Below are positions 11,544 to 21,489 of a stretch of 43,808 nt of DNA, piece by piece; position 1 is the stretch's first letter, and the number at the start of each line of letters is the position of its first letter. The notes under the pieces were generated by a model that was given only the letters and a program-made list of their open reading frames with translations, had not been told where the DNA came from and searched no databases. This DNA is from Nemertoderma westbladi (Eukaryota > Animalia > Xenacoelomorpha). Where the stretch lies: NCBI GenBank assembly GCA_032718475.1, contig JAUCBJ010003668.1, positions 1 to 43,808 of the forward strand. The letters run 5' to 3'. Both the position numbers and the translations under genes were made by a program.

Positions 11544-11580
11544 TGAAGTTCCCCAGTCTGCCGCTAGAGGGCGAAATGTC
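11544..11580 (+). promoter_or_regulatory. CTCF-like motif with upstream module (left TIR)
   Basis: TGAAGTTCCCCAGTCTG-CCGCTAGAGGGCG; core at 11561-11573. Mirror copy at 17240-17252 (-). Confidence 0.5.
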
Positions 11581-11668
11581 TCAAAGTGAAAACCATATGG
11601 TAGCCATGAATTGGTTACTAGGCAATAATACTGCATTTTGCAACGTTAGGCCTATTGCTGACTGAACG

Positions 11669-11752
11669 AAAACTGCCCTGGTTCATGCAGGGATTGAACC
11701 CATGACATACGGGAGATGTGAATTCAACGCAACCACTACACCAAGATGGAAC
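11669..11752 (-). ncRNA. tRNA-like Pol III unit in the left TIR
   Basis: Reverse complement of 17061-17144: A box TGGTGTAGTGG, B box GGTTCAATCCC, TTTT terminator. Confidence 0.55.
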
Positions 11753-11768
11753 AGTAACCGTCGAATTT

Positions 11769-12783
11769 CACTGAGGCATAGACTATGCCTCACTGAGGCA
11801 CTGAGGCATAGACTATGCCTCACTGAGGCACTGAGGCATAGACTATGCCTCACTGAGGCATAGACTATGACTCACTTAGGCATAGACTATGCCTCACTGA
11901 GGCATAGACTATGACTCACTGAGGCATAGACTATGCCTCACTGAGGCATAGACTATGCCTCACTGAGGCATAGACTATGCCTCACTGAGGCATAGACTAT
12001 GCCTCACTGAGGCACTGAGGCATAGACTATGACTCACTGAGGCATAGACTATGCCTCACTGAGGCACTGAGGCATAGACTATGCCTCACTGAGGCACTGA
12101 GGCATAGACTATGCCTCACTGAGGCATAGACTAGGCCTCACTGAGGCATAGACTATGCCTCACTGAGGCACTGAGGCATAGACTATGACTCACTGAGGCA
12201 TAGACTATGCCTCACTGAGGCACTGAGGCATAGACTATGCCTCACTGAGGCACTGAGGCATAGACTATGCCTCACTGAGGCACTGAAGCATAGACTATGA
12301 CTCACTGAGGCATAGACTATGCCTCACTAAGGCACCGAGGCATAGACTATGCCTCACTGAGGCACTGAGGCATAGACTATGACTCACTGAGGCATAGACT
12401 ATGCCTCACTGGGGCACTGAGGCATAGACTATGACTCACTGAGGCATAGACTATGCCTCACTGAGGCATAGACTATGCCTCACTGAGGCATAGACTATGC
12501 CTCACTGAGGCACTGAGGCATAGACTATGACTCACTGAGGCATAGACTATGCCTCACTGAGGCATAGACTATGACTCACTGAGGCATAGACTATGCCTCA
12601 CTGAGGCATAGACTATGCCTCACTGAGGCACTGATGCATAGACTATGACTCACTGAGGCATAGACTATGACTCACTGAGGCATATACTATGCCTCACTCA
12701 GTGCCTCACTGAGGCACTGAGGCATAGACTCTGCCTCAGTGAGGCATAGACTATGCCTCAGTGAGGCATAGTCTATGCCTCAC
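11769..12783 (+). repeat. Palindromic 22-bp minisatellite (CACTGAGGCATAGACTATGCCT)n with +8-bp (CACTGAGG) and TGACTCA variants
   Basis: Read directly. The unit contains two overlapping interrupted palindromes: AGGCATAG-a-CTATGCCT and GCCTCA-c-TGAGGC. Orientation flips in the last ~90 bp. Confidence 0.95.
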
Positions 12784-12934
12784 TTCAATATACGAGCACA
12801 AAAGAGTTTACAAGCACAGGTTCAAATCCAACTAAAGCTCTATATATTTTGCATTGAAGTGGAATACTTTAGATGCTGGGGGGAATCTGGTTTGCGAGGG
12901 ATATTTGAATGGTGAGTATAACTATCCTTAAGAG

Positions 12935-13095
12935 TTAGTGTGACGTTATCTCACCATGGATGGGCGGGCGCTTTACCACTGTACTTGCATCTGCTCTCTC
13001 ATTGGCTGCCTAACTCACCCTCGCACTCTGATTGGATAATCCATTCTAGTCTCCCTCTATAATAGCCCCCGTTCAACGCATTGCCAGTCATTCTC
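12935..13095 (+). promoter_or_regulatory. Pol II promoter of the cargo gene
   Basis: TGACGT (12941), GGGCGGGCG (12962), two ATTGG/CCAAT boxes (~13001, ~13031), TATAATA (~13058) and an Inr-like CCAGTCATTC (~13084) about 26 bp further on. ATG at 13206. Confidence 0.6.
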
Positions 13096-13968
13096 TAAGT
13101 TTTATATTAAAAAGTTTTATTTATTTTCATAAAAGTTTTATTTATTTAAAATTTTGTAAAATCATTTAGCTAAAATTCAATAATATCAATTGACATTGCT
13201 ATATAATGCATAGACATGAAAGTTGTTTGGTTTGTAATAAAGAAATGAGACAAGACAATTTATCTCGTCATATGGAAACACATAGAAAGGAAAAACTAAT
13301 GGCTCCGTTACCAAAAAAATTTAAAAAATCCGAAGATATTTTTAGTGAAGATGAAAAGAAAAAGAGAGATGAGCGTGATATATTAAATATAAAACAGACA
13401 ATGGAAAATAAATTTCATAAAGTTATGAATATTTTGAAAGGGATACAAAAACAGCTACCCCTAGAAAATGAGGAAAATTTGAGTGAGAAAGATGGAGAAG
13501 AAGAGGATGATGAAATGGAGAATGAAAATAGTGAGGGTCAGGATGAAGATGAAGAGAGTGAAGTTGAGAACGAAGAAAGTGAAGATCAGGAAGAGGATGA
13601 AGAAAGTGAAGAAGAGGAAGATGATGAAGAAAGTGAAGGTGGGGAAGAGGATGACGAAAGTGAAGATCAGGAATGCGGAGAAGAGGATGAAAATGATGAT
13701 AATGAGGAAATAAAGAGGCAATTACTTGGAAATAAGAATCAATTGCGGAAAATTATTAAACATTTGAAGGAAAATGAAGAAAATAAAGAGGCGACATTGA
13801 GCCAAGTTCTAGGGAGTAAAATTAAATTACAGAAATTTATTAAACATTTAGAAGAGAATGATGAAAATAAAGAAGAGATATTGAGACAAATAATAGGAAA
13901 CAAAAATCAAATGCGGAAATTTATTAAACAAATGGAAGAAAATGAGGAAAATAGAGAAGAGATATTAA

Positions 13969-15409
13969 CCCTTTGGGCACCATGGCATAATACTATGCCA
14001 CCATCTGGTGTCCCATGGCATACATATATGCCATTAAGTTATACTGTTCCTTAGCAATGTCCTTTGATACTGGTTCACCAGCTGATGTGTTATTTAGGTA
14101 CCTGGGACAGTTGGGAGATATTTCAGCACACTTCACTCTAGGTAGCGGGAAATTTAAACCATTCTGTGCCAGTCAGTAGGCCAGTAGTGTTGAGGATTTG
14201 GTGGCCGTCCTTATTTCAGTATTTACCGTATCTCATATCTGTTTTGGTTTGCATGCTACCTATTTTCTTGTCGTTTAATCAGCCTATTGCAGTATGTATG
14301 ATAAGAGTGGCATTTGTCTGACAGTCTATCTGTTGTTCCTGTTAACAGTTACATGTGTTTTTGGTTTAGTATTTTGGTTAGCCATCAATATTTTCAACAA
14401 ATTGAAAATATTGTATCAACAGCTTTTTAGGGTTACTGTTCAGTGTTCTTATCCATATCACTGCTGCATTTTATTACTGTATTACGGTAGGCATAATAAG
14501 GAATTATTTTGTAATAGGCCTATTGGGTAGTGTGGGTCTATTTAGTTTATTGTTTTGGTTAGGTCTGAAGTGAGGACTTGACCCTAAATAAAATTGTGAT
14601 GTAATCCTAACCCTAAGTTATAGTTTCAAAATTTTAGTGTAATATCCAGTGGCATGGGTCGTTTTAGTTTTGGATAAGCTTTAGGGTTAGTCAGGTCTGT
14701 AGTCATTTTACTGGTTGGGCCTAGTAGGCCTATAGACTAACAATGGTATAATGGATCGTTACCCACGGAGACCCAGGAAGCCTCCCTGTTGCTATGGCTA
14801 TGATATTGAAAGTCACAGTAGCGATAGTTGTATCGATTCAGATGATGAAGAAGGGAGTGATGCATCAGATATCCTCTCCACTAATGATTCAGAGGAAGAA
14901 TATGATATTGAGGATGTAGACGTAGAGTCGTAGACGTAGATGTACCGGTACCGGTACCGGTCAGCCGGTACCTGCAATTACAAACACTCCGACTTTGCAA
15001 CCGCCTGCAGATATATGGAAGATTCTAGATCCCGGTAATCTCGGAGAAAGTGCTGGGGGAGAACTCAACTTCGAACAATCCGACGTTGAAAATATTTTAG
15101 TTTTAATTTAATTTACAAGATTGAAAAAAATTAAAAATTTTGAAAAAAAAATCAAAAAATTCAAAATTGTTAAAAAATTAAATTTTTTTAAAAATTTAAT
15201 TTTTTACACCAAAAATGTAAAAAAAAAATAAAATTTAAGTAATTTCAGGTGTAGAATTTTATGCTGATTCCAAATAACAAAAATTTTCACTTCACTTTCA
15301 CGACCAACACAGGTATAGATAGATATGACGATTTAAAAAAATCAGTTTTTTACCCTAAAATGTTGGGACAGTAGCGGGAGTGTTTTTTTAGCGCCTGGTG
15401 CCCAAAGGG
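13969..15409 (+). mobile_element. piggyBac-type deletion derivative inserted in the cargo gene
   Basis: TTAA|CCCTTTGGGCACCA ... TGGTGCCCAAAGGG (14-bp perfect TIR); the right TTAA is missing. Internal 60-aa acidic ORF (14751-14933) resembles a piggyBac transposase N-terminus. Confidence 0.75.
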
Positions 15410-15764
15410 CAGGTTCTGGGAAATAAAAGTAAATTACTGAAAATTAATGAACAATTGAATAAAATTAAGAAACAGTTGGGTAATGAGGAAGATGAAAGTA
15501 AAGGAAATCAACCAGCTTTTACTAATTTTCACTTCTACGACCAACACAGGTAAAGATATGACGATTTAAAAAAAATCAGTTTTTTACCCTAAAATGTTGG
15601 GACAGTAGCGGGAGTGTTTTTTTAGCGCCTGGTGCCCAAAGGACAGGTTCTGGGAAATAAAAGTAAATTACTGAAAATTAATGAACAATTGAATAAAATT
15701 AAGAAACAGTTGGGTAATGAGGAAGATGAAAGTAAAGGAAATCAACCAGCTTTTACTAATTTTC
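15283..15764 (+). repeat. ~240-bp tandem duplication spanning the piggyBac right end and cargo-gene sequence
   Basis: cgaccaacacaggta...gcgcctggtgcccaaagg.caggttctggg...cttttactaattttc occurs twice; the junction has AATTTTC microhomology. Confidence 0.9.
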
Positions 15765-15851
15765 GAAGACCTATGATAAAAAACTCTCGTTCAGTATATG
15801 CCCGCGCAGGACGACGCTATTGACATTTGTTTGTTTGAGTTCCTTTCATAA

Positions 15852-15990
15852 TAGTATTAGGGCTATTTATCCATAACAATTATATTAGTATAAGGAGTAT
15901 TTATCCATAGCAATTATATTAGTATTAGGACTATTTATCCATAATAATTATATTAGTATTATAAATGTATTTACCCCACAATATTTATTA
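15852..15990 (+). repeat. ~34-bp tandem repeat (about 4 copies) after the cargo stop codon
   Basis: tagtattagg.ctatttatccata.caattatat repeated. Confidence 0.7.
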
Positions 15991-16332
15991 CTAATAGGTC
16001 TATTTATTCAGGAAATTATATGTTTTTATAATATACTTTGGAAAATTGGTCGACTAAGTCATAATTTTTAAAACTTTAAATAAGGGTTGAGTAATTTTAT
16101 AAAGTTAAGAAGAGTGAATCAATGGAGGCAACCTGAAGTCTAATCTATTGGCCTTTACTCACATTAACTCCGAAGGTTGCATACTATCACTATAGCTGGG
16201 AGAGTCGAAGCTAGTGTATACTAGAGTTAGCCAAGAGCTAGGAAAAAGAATAATGCTCTTCTAGGGTTCGAACTCACGACCTTCTAATTAGAAAACTAAG
16301 CAAATGATCAGCTTGAAGGCCTTATACCCTTA

Positions 16333-16997
16333 TGAGTCATAGTCTATGCCTCAGTGCCTCAGTGAGGCATAGTCTATGCCTCAGTGAGTCATAGTCTATG
16401 CCTCGGTGCCTTAGTGAGGCATAGTCTATGCCTCAGTGAGTCATAGTCTATGCTTCAGTGCCTCAGTGAGGCATAGTCTATGCCTCAGTGCCTCAGTGAG
16501 GCATAGTCTATGCCTCAGTGAGTCATAGTCTATGCCTCAGTGCCTCAGTGAGTCATAGTCTATGCCTCAGTGAGGCATAGTCTATGCCTAAGTGAGTCAT
16601 AGTCTATGCCTCAGTGAGGCATAGTCTATGCCTCAGTGCCTCAGTGAGGCATAGTCTATGCCTCAGTGAGTCATAGTCTATGCCTCAGTGCCTCAGTGAG
16701 GCATAGTCTATGCCTCAGTGAGGCATAGTCTATGCCTCAGTGAGGCATAGTCTATGCCTCAGTGAGTCATAGTCTATGCCTCAGTGAGGCATAGTCTATG
16801 CCTAAGTGAGTCATAGTCTATGCCTCAGTGAGGCATAGTCTATGCCTCAGTGCCTCAGTGAGGCATAGTCTATGCCTCAGTGAGGCATAGTCTATGCCTC
16901 AGTGCCTCAGTGAGGCATAGTCTATGCCTCAGTGCCTCAGTGAGGCATAGTCTATGCCTCAGTGAGTCATAGTCTATGCCTCAGTGAGGCATAGTCT
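16333..16997 (-). repeat. Mirror copy of the 22-bp palindromic minisatellite (right TIR)
   Basis: (AGGCATAGTCTATGCCTCAGTG)n. Shorter than the left array but shares its rare variants. Confidence 0.95.
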
Positions 16998-17060
16998 GTG
17001 TCAGGTCTTAAATGAGAGTCTTACAAATTCGAACGTCAACGAACAAATTCGACGGTTACT

Positions 17061-17144
17061 GTTCCATATTGGTGTAGTGGTTGCGTTGAATTCACATCTC
17101 CCGTATGTCATGGGTTCAATCCCTGCATGAACCAGGGCAGTTTT
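17061..17144 (+). ncRNA. tRNA-like (weakly Val-CAC-like) Pol III unit in the right TIR
   Basis: GTTCCATATTGGTGTAGTGGTTGCGTTGAATTCACATCTCCCGTATGTCATGGGTTCAATCCCTGCATGAACCA...TTTT. A box 17070-17080, B box 17113-17123. Stems are imperfect, so it is not a canonical tRNA. Confidence 0.55.
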
Positions 17145-18319
17145 CGTTCAGTCAGCAATAGGCCTAACGTTGCAAAATGCAGTATTATTGCCTAGTAACC
17201 AATTCATGGCTACCATATGGTTTTCACTTTGAGACATTTCGCCCTCTAGCGGCAGACTGGGGAACTTCATACTATTCTGTGACTCTGCAAAAGATATAGC
17301 CTATGCCGTAGTAGATGCCGAATGGGGGGTCAAAATTAAGTAATAATATATCTAAATAAGCCTCAAACATCTTGCCTCATGGCTCGCCCCTTAGAACTCT
17401 TAAGCAATATAACTTCTGAGTTTTTAAGGAAAACTGGTAAATGAGATGTGTTAATTACGCATACCTCGCAGTCTTAAGTAATTAATTATACAGTAGGTTA
17501 GATCGTTTTGAGAATAGGACCATTGGAAAGAGCGCCCTCGATAACCTCAGTACAAAGAAAATTAATACGGATTAACCGGATATAGCTTGTTATTATAAAA
17601 CATTAATTATAATACAGTAGAACAATTAGGGTTGTAAATAAAAACAAATTAAATTGAAGATAAACTGTATATATATAAACTTATGTATTAAAAGAGGGCC
17701 CTATTTAATTATACAGTATACTGAAAATGGTTAGCAATACCATAATTAGATTATCGATAGGGATGCGGCTTCCTTAAATGAGGCAATCCTGACGCAGCAC
17801 AAAGAATTTTAAGAGGGGCCCCGATAAATTGCTCATTCATGCGTAACTGGTAACCTAGGCGATAGCTTGTCTTAAGTTTAGGCCCTTCGCTAACATTAAC
17901 TCCAAAATAGTTACCAGTAAGGGAGCTGTATAGTATACCCTAGGGCTAAATAAGGCTGCAAGTCTATGGCTACATGCTTCCAATAATGATCTCATTTAGT
18001 AGCGGTAAGTAATATAAAAACTAATTAATCTAAAAATAGAAATCAATATATAAAGTAAAAGTACTACAATTAATTAATTTAAAATAAAGTACAAATTGAA
18101 ATGATTGTCTGGTTTAAGATCTTGCATATCGGTATTATATTTGAACTCAGTTCATAAGATATATAAGAGTACATATACTACTGTACTGCCGAAGCACTAC
18201 TGCACTCAAATACCCCAACACCAGTCTCTCGCTATCCCTAAGCCTAATACAGTCCTAGGCCTAACCTCAAGGGGCGAGCCATATGAATTGGTGAGTCTCC
18301 TCCTTATCACCTAATTCCA

Positions 18320-18815
18320 TCATCCCCCCATTAAGATCGATTGGTCCTTATCAGATTGGAATCTGACGGTTTTAGTACGTGTTCGAGTTCCTCGTCTCAA
18401 GGCTGATTTGGGTGTTTCCGTAGGAGTTTCATCCTTTGTCTCTATGGAATCACTGGAGCTTGGATATGGTCGCAGGAAGCGACGATTACGCCATAAGACT
18501 TTCCCGGATGGTAATTTCACGTGGTAATCTCTACTCATCTTTCCCCTTTCAAAAATAATCCCCTTCCTTGTCCATCTCTTAGAAACGGGATCCTGTATGA
18601 GTACGTGTGTTCCAGGTTCAAGCGGTTTTAATGTGTGTGCGGATCTGTCGTAATATTCTTTCTGTTTATTTGCCTTTATAAAGTCAGTATCTGCGGCCAT
18701 CGTCAGCCAATTGGCAGAGAATGTTGAGTAATGAGCTGGAACTCGTGAACGCAACGGATGTCCATACAGTATGATAGCGGGAGAACGTCCGTCGATGTGT
18801 GGGGTATTTCTTAAG
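18320..18815 (-). pseudogene. Integrase C-terminal remnant
   Basis: LRNTPHIDGRSPAIILYGHPLRSRVP...QKEYYDRSAHTLKPLEPG...WRNRRFLRP, the typical Mag integrase tail. The DDE core is absent. Confidence 0.85.
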
Positions 18816-21489
18816 ACTCCGCGTCTGATAAAAAACGCGAGCCGCATTGAATTAGTTTAAAACATTCGTCTTGTTTCTGTAACAAGGCATATCCTAGGCC
18901 ACCTTTACGTGCCGCATCTACTTCTAAAACAATTTCGGCCTTGGGGTCAAAATTGGATAAAATTGGCGTAGATGATAAAGCAATTTTCATATTGTCAAAT
19001 GCTTTCTGGTGGTTTGGTGTCCACAAAAATTGATTTTTTGTTTTCAGTATATCTCTCAAAGGACTAGCTATTAAACTTATTTCGGCCGAAAAGTGGCCCA
19101 ACTGTTGTACTAAACCCATAAAGGATCGAAGTTCGGTTCTATTGGTAGGTGTAGGGAATTGACTAATCCCTTTTACCTTCACTGGGTCTGCTTTTATTCC
19201 CTCTTGCGACACTATATAACCTGCAAAATTCATTTCACTTTGGGCGAATTTGAATTTTTTTTGGTTTATAGTGATATTATATTTCATGCAACGTTCTAAA
19301 ACGTTACAAACATTTCGGACGTGGTCCTGAAAGTTGACATTATAAATTATAATGTCATCTACGATTTTCTGGATATTGTCTAAACCTTCCAGAGCGGTGT
19401 CACCCCTGAGACTATAAATATCTCCGGTTGAGATAAAACCCATGGGAGCCCTAACGTACATGTATCTTCCCCAAGGAGTAATAAAACATGTCAGTTTTTG
19501 TGACTCTATAGCTAATGGCATTTGCCAATATCCTGATTTTGCATCAAGTTTAGTAAACCAATTGCAACCAGGTGGGATACTCGAAACACAATCGTTTGGT
19601 GTTTTGGTAGGGTATACTACTCGCTCTACTTGTCTATTTAAGTTGGATAGGTCTACACAAATTCTAATCCCGCCATCAGGTTTATTGGCTATAACCATAG
19701 GATGGCACCACTCGGTAGGTTTATCGCCTGCTGGTTTGATAATGTTCCATTTAATTAAATTATCTCGTATTTCAGCTTTTACTTGGTCTCGCTGTGCAAA
19801 TGGAATAGGGCGTGCTCCGTGCACTGCGTACGGTATTGCGTCCTTTTTAAGGTATATTGTCATAGGCTTACCTACATCTGTACCGGACATTTGTTTCAGT
19901 TCAGTATTATTGAAAAATACGTCTGAATATATGTCCGAGAGTTTATTATGAACTCTCTCAATTTCGCATTTGTTAGGAGAAATAGGCAATTGGTTAATCC
20001 ATTTTTCTCTTGCGTCATGTTTAAAAGTTTCACTTACGTTTAATTTAACGTCGTCAAGTGATCGAATTATTTCCTTCTTTTGGTTAATATTCGATCCAAC
20101 TTGATCATTGGGGACAGAGGTATTGGTAACATGTATAGGTAAGTTACACTGGCAAAAGGCAGCTGCATTGGCAAAAAGTGGCGGTGGGTTCGGAAAATGT
20201 TTAGAAACTATATCTAATGCCTTACAAACAGATAGTGATAAATATAAACGCGGAATGCCGTCACATATTTTCACACTTTCTATTACAGACCGACCACTAA
20301 TTTTGAGACAGACCTTTATCTGGCCCAATTGTTTAATAACTTTGCCATTTATACTGACTAACCGTTCTATAGACGGTTTCTGGAGGTCTGTTTCGTTTAA
20401 ATTTAATGACCTCAAGAATGTCATGTTTGCAACTGTGCGTTGGGACCCGGTATCAGGTACTGCCTGACTATAACCAAATAATTTATCCGTTTCGGGATGG
20501 CATATCCCTACGGAAATGAGTGGCGGGTCCTCGAAATCGACCGTCGCTACTCGAACAGCTGCTTGTTCTACAGCTCCTAGGGATTTATTACGACATACGT
20601 TAGCGAAATGGTTAAGTTTATGGCACACACTACACTTTTCCCCTTTCGCTGGACACCTTTTAAAGTTAGTATGACTATATCCACATTTGGTACAAGGTTT
20701 CTTATCCTGATTTCCGGAATTCCGTTCCGGAGATGGAGACCGGTTTCTCCCGGCGCTCGTAGGTCTTCCGGAAAAATATTTATTTTTCCGATATTGATTC
20801 GAAGAGGATCCTGACTTTGAAGTCGCTCCCGCCAAACTAGTGTTCTTGTAAGGACCGTGGGCCAGGACTTTCTTAACTTTGTCCTTGTGTATTCGCGCCG
20901 CTTCTTCGGTCCGACAAAATTTAATAGTCGCCTCATGGTTTAAAGGCGGTGATTTCGCCAGGAGATCCTGTCTGATTTCGTCGTTTTGAATTCCAACGGT
21001 GATCAATGTCGACATCCATTCGTCGTCTCCCATCTCTTGTAACGCTGCAGTGTTGGCCAATTCGCTCAAACGAGTATAAAAGTCGTCGAACTTTTCCATC
21101 TCGTGTTGTCGGCACAACGTAAGTTCTAATCTGTCGAGGGCTATATTCTGTTTTTCGCGCAGATATATTTCCAAGTTGTTTAGGACTTCATCAAGGGATA
21201 GGGATGTGGTTTGGGGAATCCGTACGACATATTCGAGTTTCGATAAGAATGCCGGCGAACAGTATCCGAAAAATGCAGATACCTGCTCGTCTCTCGGCTG
21301 TCGGGATAGTTGAACAACTTTCGCGTAGTTATTCCAGGTCTTTCTCCATCTCTGGAACATCGTTATATCGACATCTTCTTCGAGATTGGGAGGTCGGTTT
21401 ACGGGTGCTCGAGGTGCATTGTCCGTTTTACTTGGTGCTGGTGGGAATCCTCCGGTACCGGAAGCAGTCGTCCTACTTCCTTCATTCAT
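18811..21489 (-). CDS. Gag-protease-RT polyprotein truncated at the start of RNase H
   Basis: Two CCHC knuckles (CTKCGYSHTNFKRCPAKGEKCSVCHKLNHFANVC), protease DTG, RT LDAKSGYWQ / PMG / VDD, RNase H start VDAARKGGLGYAL, then a stop after CGSRFLSDAES. Confidence 0.92.
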   Translation of the reverse strand: MNEGSRTTASGTGGFPPAPSKTDNAPRAPVNRPPNLEEDVDITMFQRWRKTWNNYAKVVQLSRQPRDEQVSAFFGYCSPAFLSKLEYVVRIPQTTSLSLDEVLNNLEIYLREKQNIALDRLELTLCRQHEMEKFDDFYTRLSELANTAALQEMGDDEWMSTLITVGIQNDEIRQDLLAKSPPLNHEATIKFCRTEEAARIHKDKVKKVLAHGPYKNTSLAGATSKSGSSSNQYRKNKYFSGRPTSAGRNRSPSPERNSGNQDKKPCTKCGYSHTNFKRCPAKGEKCSVCHKLNHFANVCRNKSLGAVEQAAVRVATVDFEDPPLISVGICHPETDKLFGYSQAVPDTGSQRTVANMTFLRSLNLNETDLQKPSIERLVSINGKVIKQLGQIKVCLKISGRSVIESVKICDGIPRLYLSLSVCKALDIVSKHFPNPPPLFANAAAFCQCNLPIHVTNTSVPNDQVGSNINQKKEIIRSLDDVKLNVSETFKHDAREKWINQLPISPNKCEIERVHNKLSDIYSDVFFNNTELKQMSGTDVGKPMTIYLKKDAIPYAVHGARPIPFAQRDQVKAEIRDNLIKWNIIKPAGDKPTEWCHPMVIANKPDGGIRICVDLSNLNRQVERVVYPTKTPNDCVSSIPPGCNWFTKLDAKSGYWQMPLAIESQKLTCFITPWGRYMYVRAPMGFISTGDIYSLRGDTALEGLDNIQKIVDDIIIYNVNFQDHVRNVCNVLERCMKYNITINQKKFKFAQSEMNFAGYIVSQEGIKADPVKVKGISQFPTPTNRTELRSFMGLVQQLGHFSAEISLIASPLRDILKTKNQFLWTPNHQKAFDNMKIALSSTPILSNFDPKAEIVLEVDAARKGGLGYALLQKQDECFKLIQCGSRFLSDAES

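Larger units (their letters stand above)
13206..15823 (+). pseudogene. Cargo gene: C2H2 zinc finger + Asp/Glu tract + ~28-aa helical repeats, split by a piggyBac insertion
   Basis: CLVCNKEMRQDNLSRHMETH, a long acidic tract, then repeats EEIxRQxLGNKNQLRKxIKHLxENEEN. The fourth repeat breaks at EEIL (TTAA 13965-13968) and resumes as QVLGNKSKLLKINEQL...ARAGRRY* (15644-15823). The track ORF 13206-14054 ends in transposon-derived sequence. Confidence 0.8.

Noticed and set aside
11769-12783. CRISPR-like array
   Set aside because: Units are contiguous with no unique spacers, there are no cas genes, and the context is eukaryotic. It is a minisatellite.
13461-13721. Hydrophobic antisense ORF and K/R/M-rich alternate-frame ORF
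   Set aside because: Shadows of the GA-rich acidic tract of the cargo gene.
17061-17134. Functional tRNA-Val(CAC)
   Set aside because: Acceptor, anticodon and T stems pair poorly. Kept only as a tRNA-like Pol III unit.
18105-18314. Duplicated 69-aa ORF (also 22995-23204)
   Set aside because: TTG-started reading inside the two LTRs; it only reflects LTR identity.
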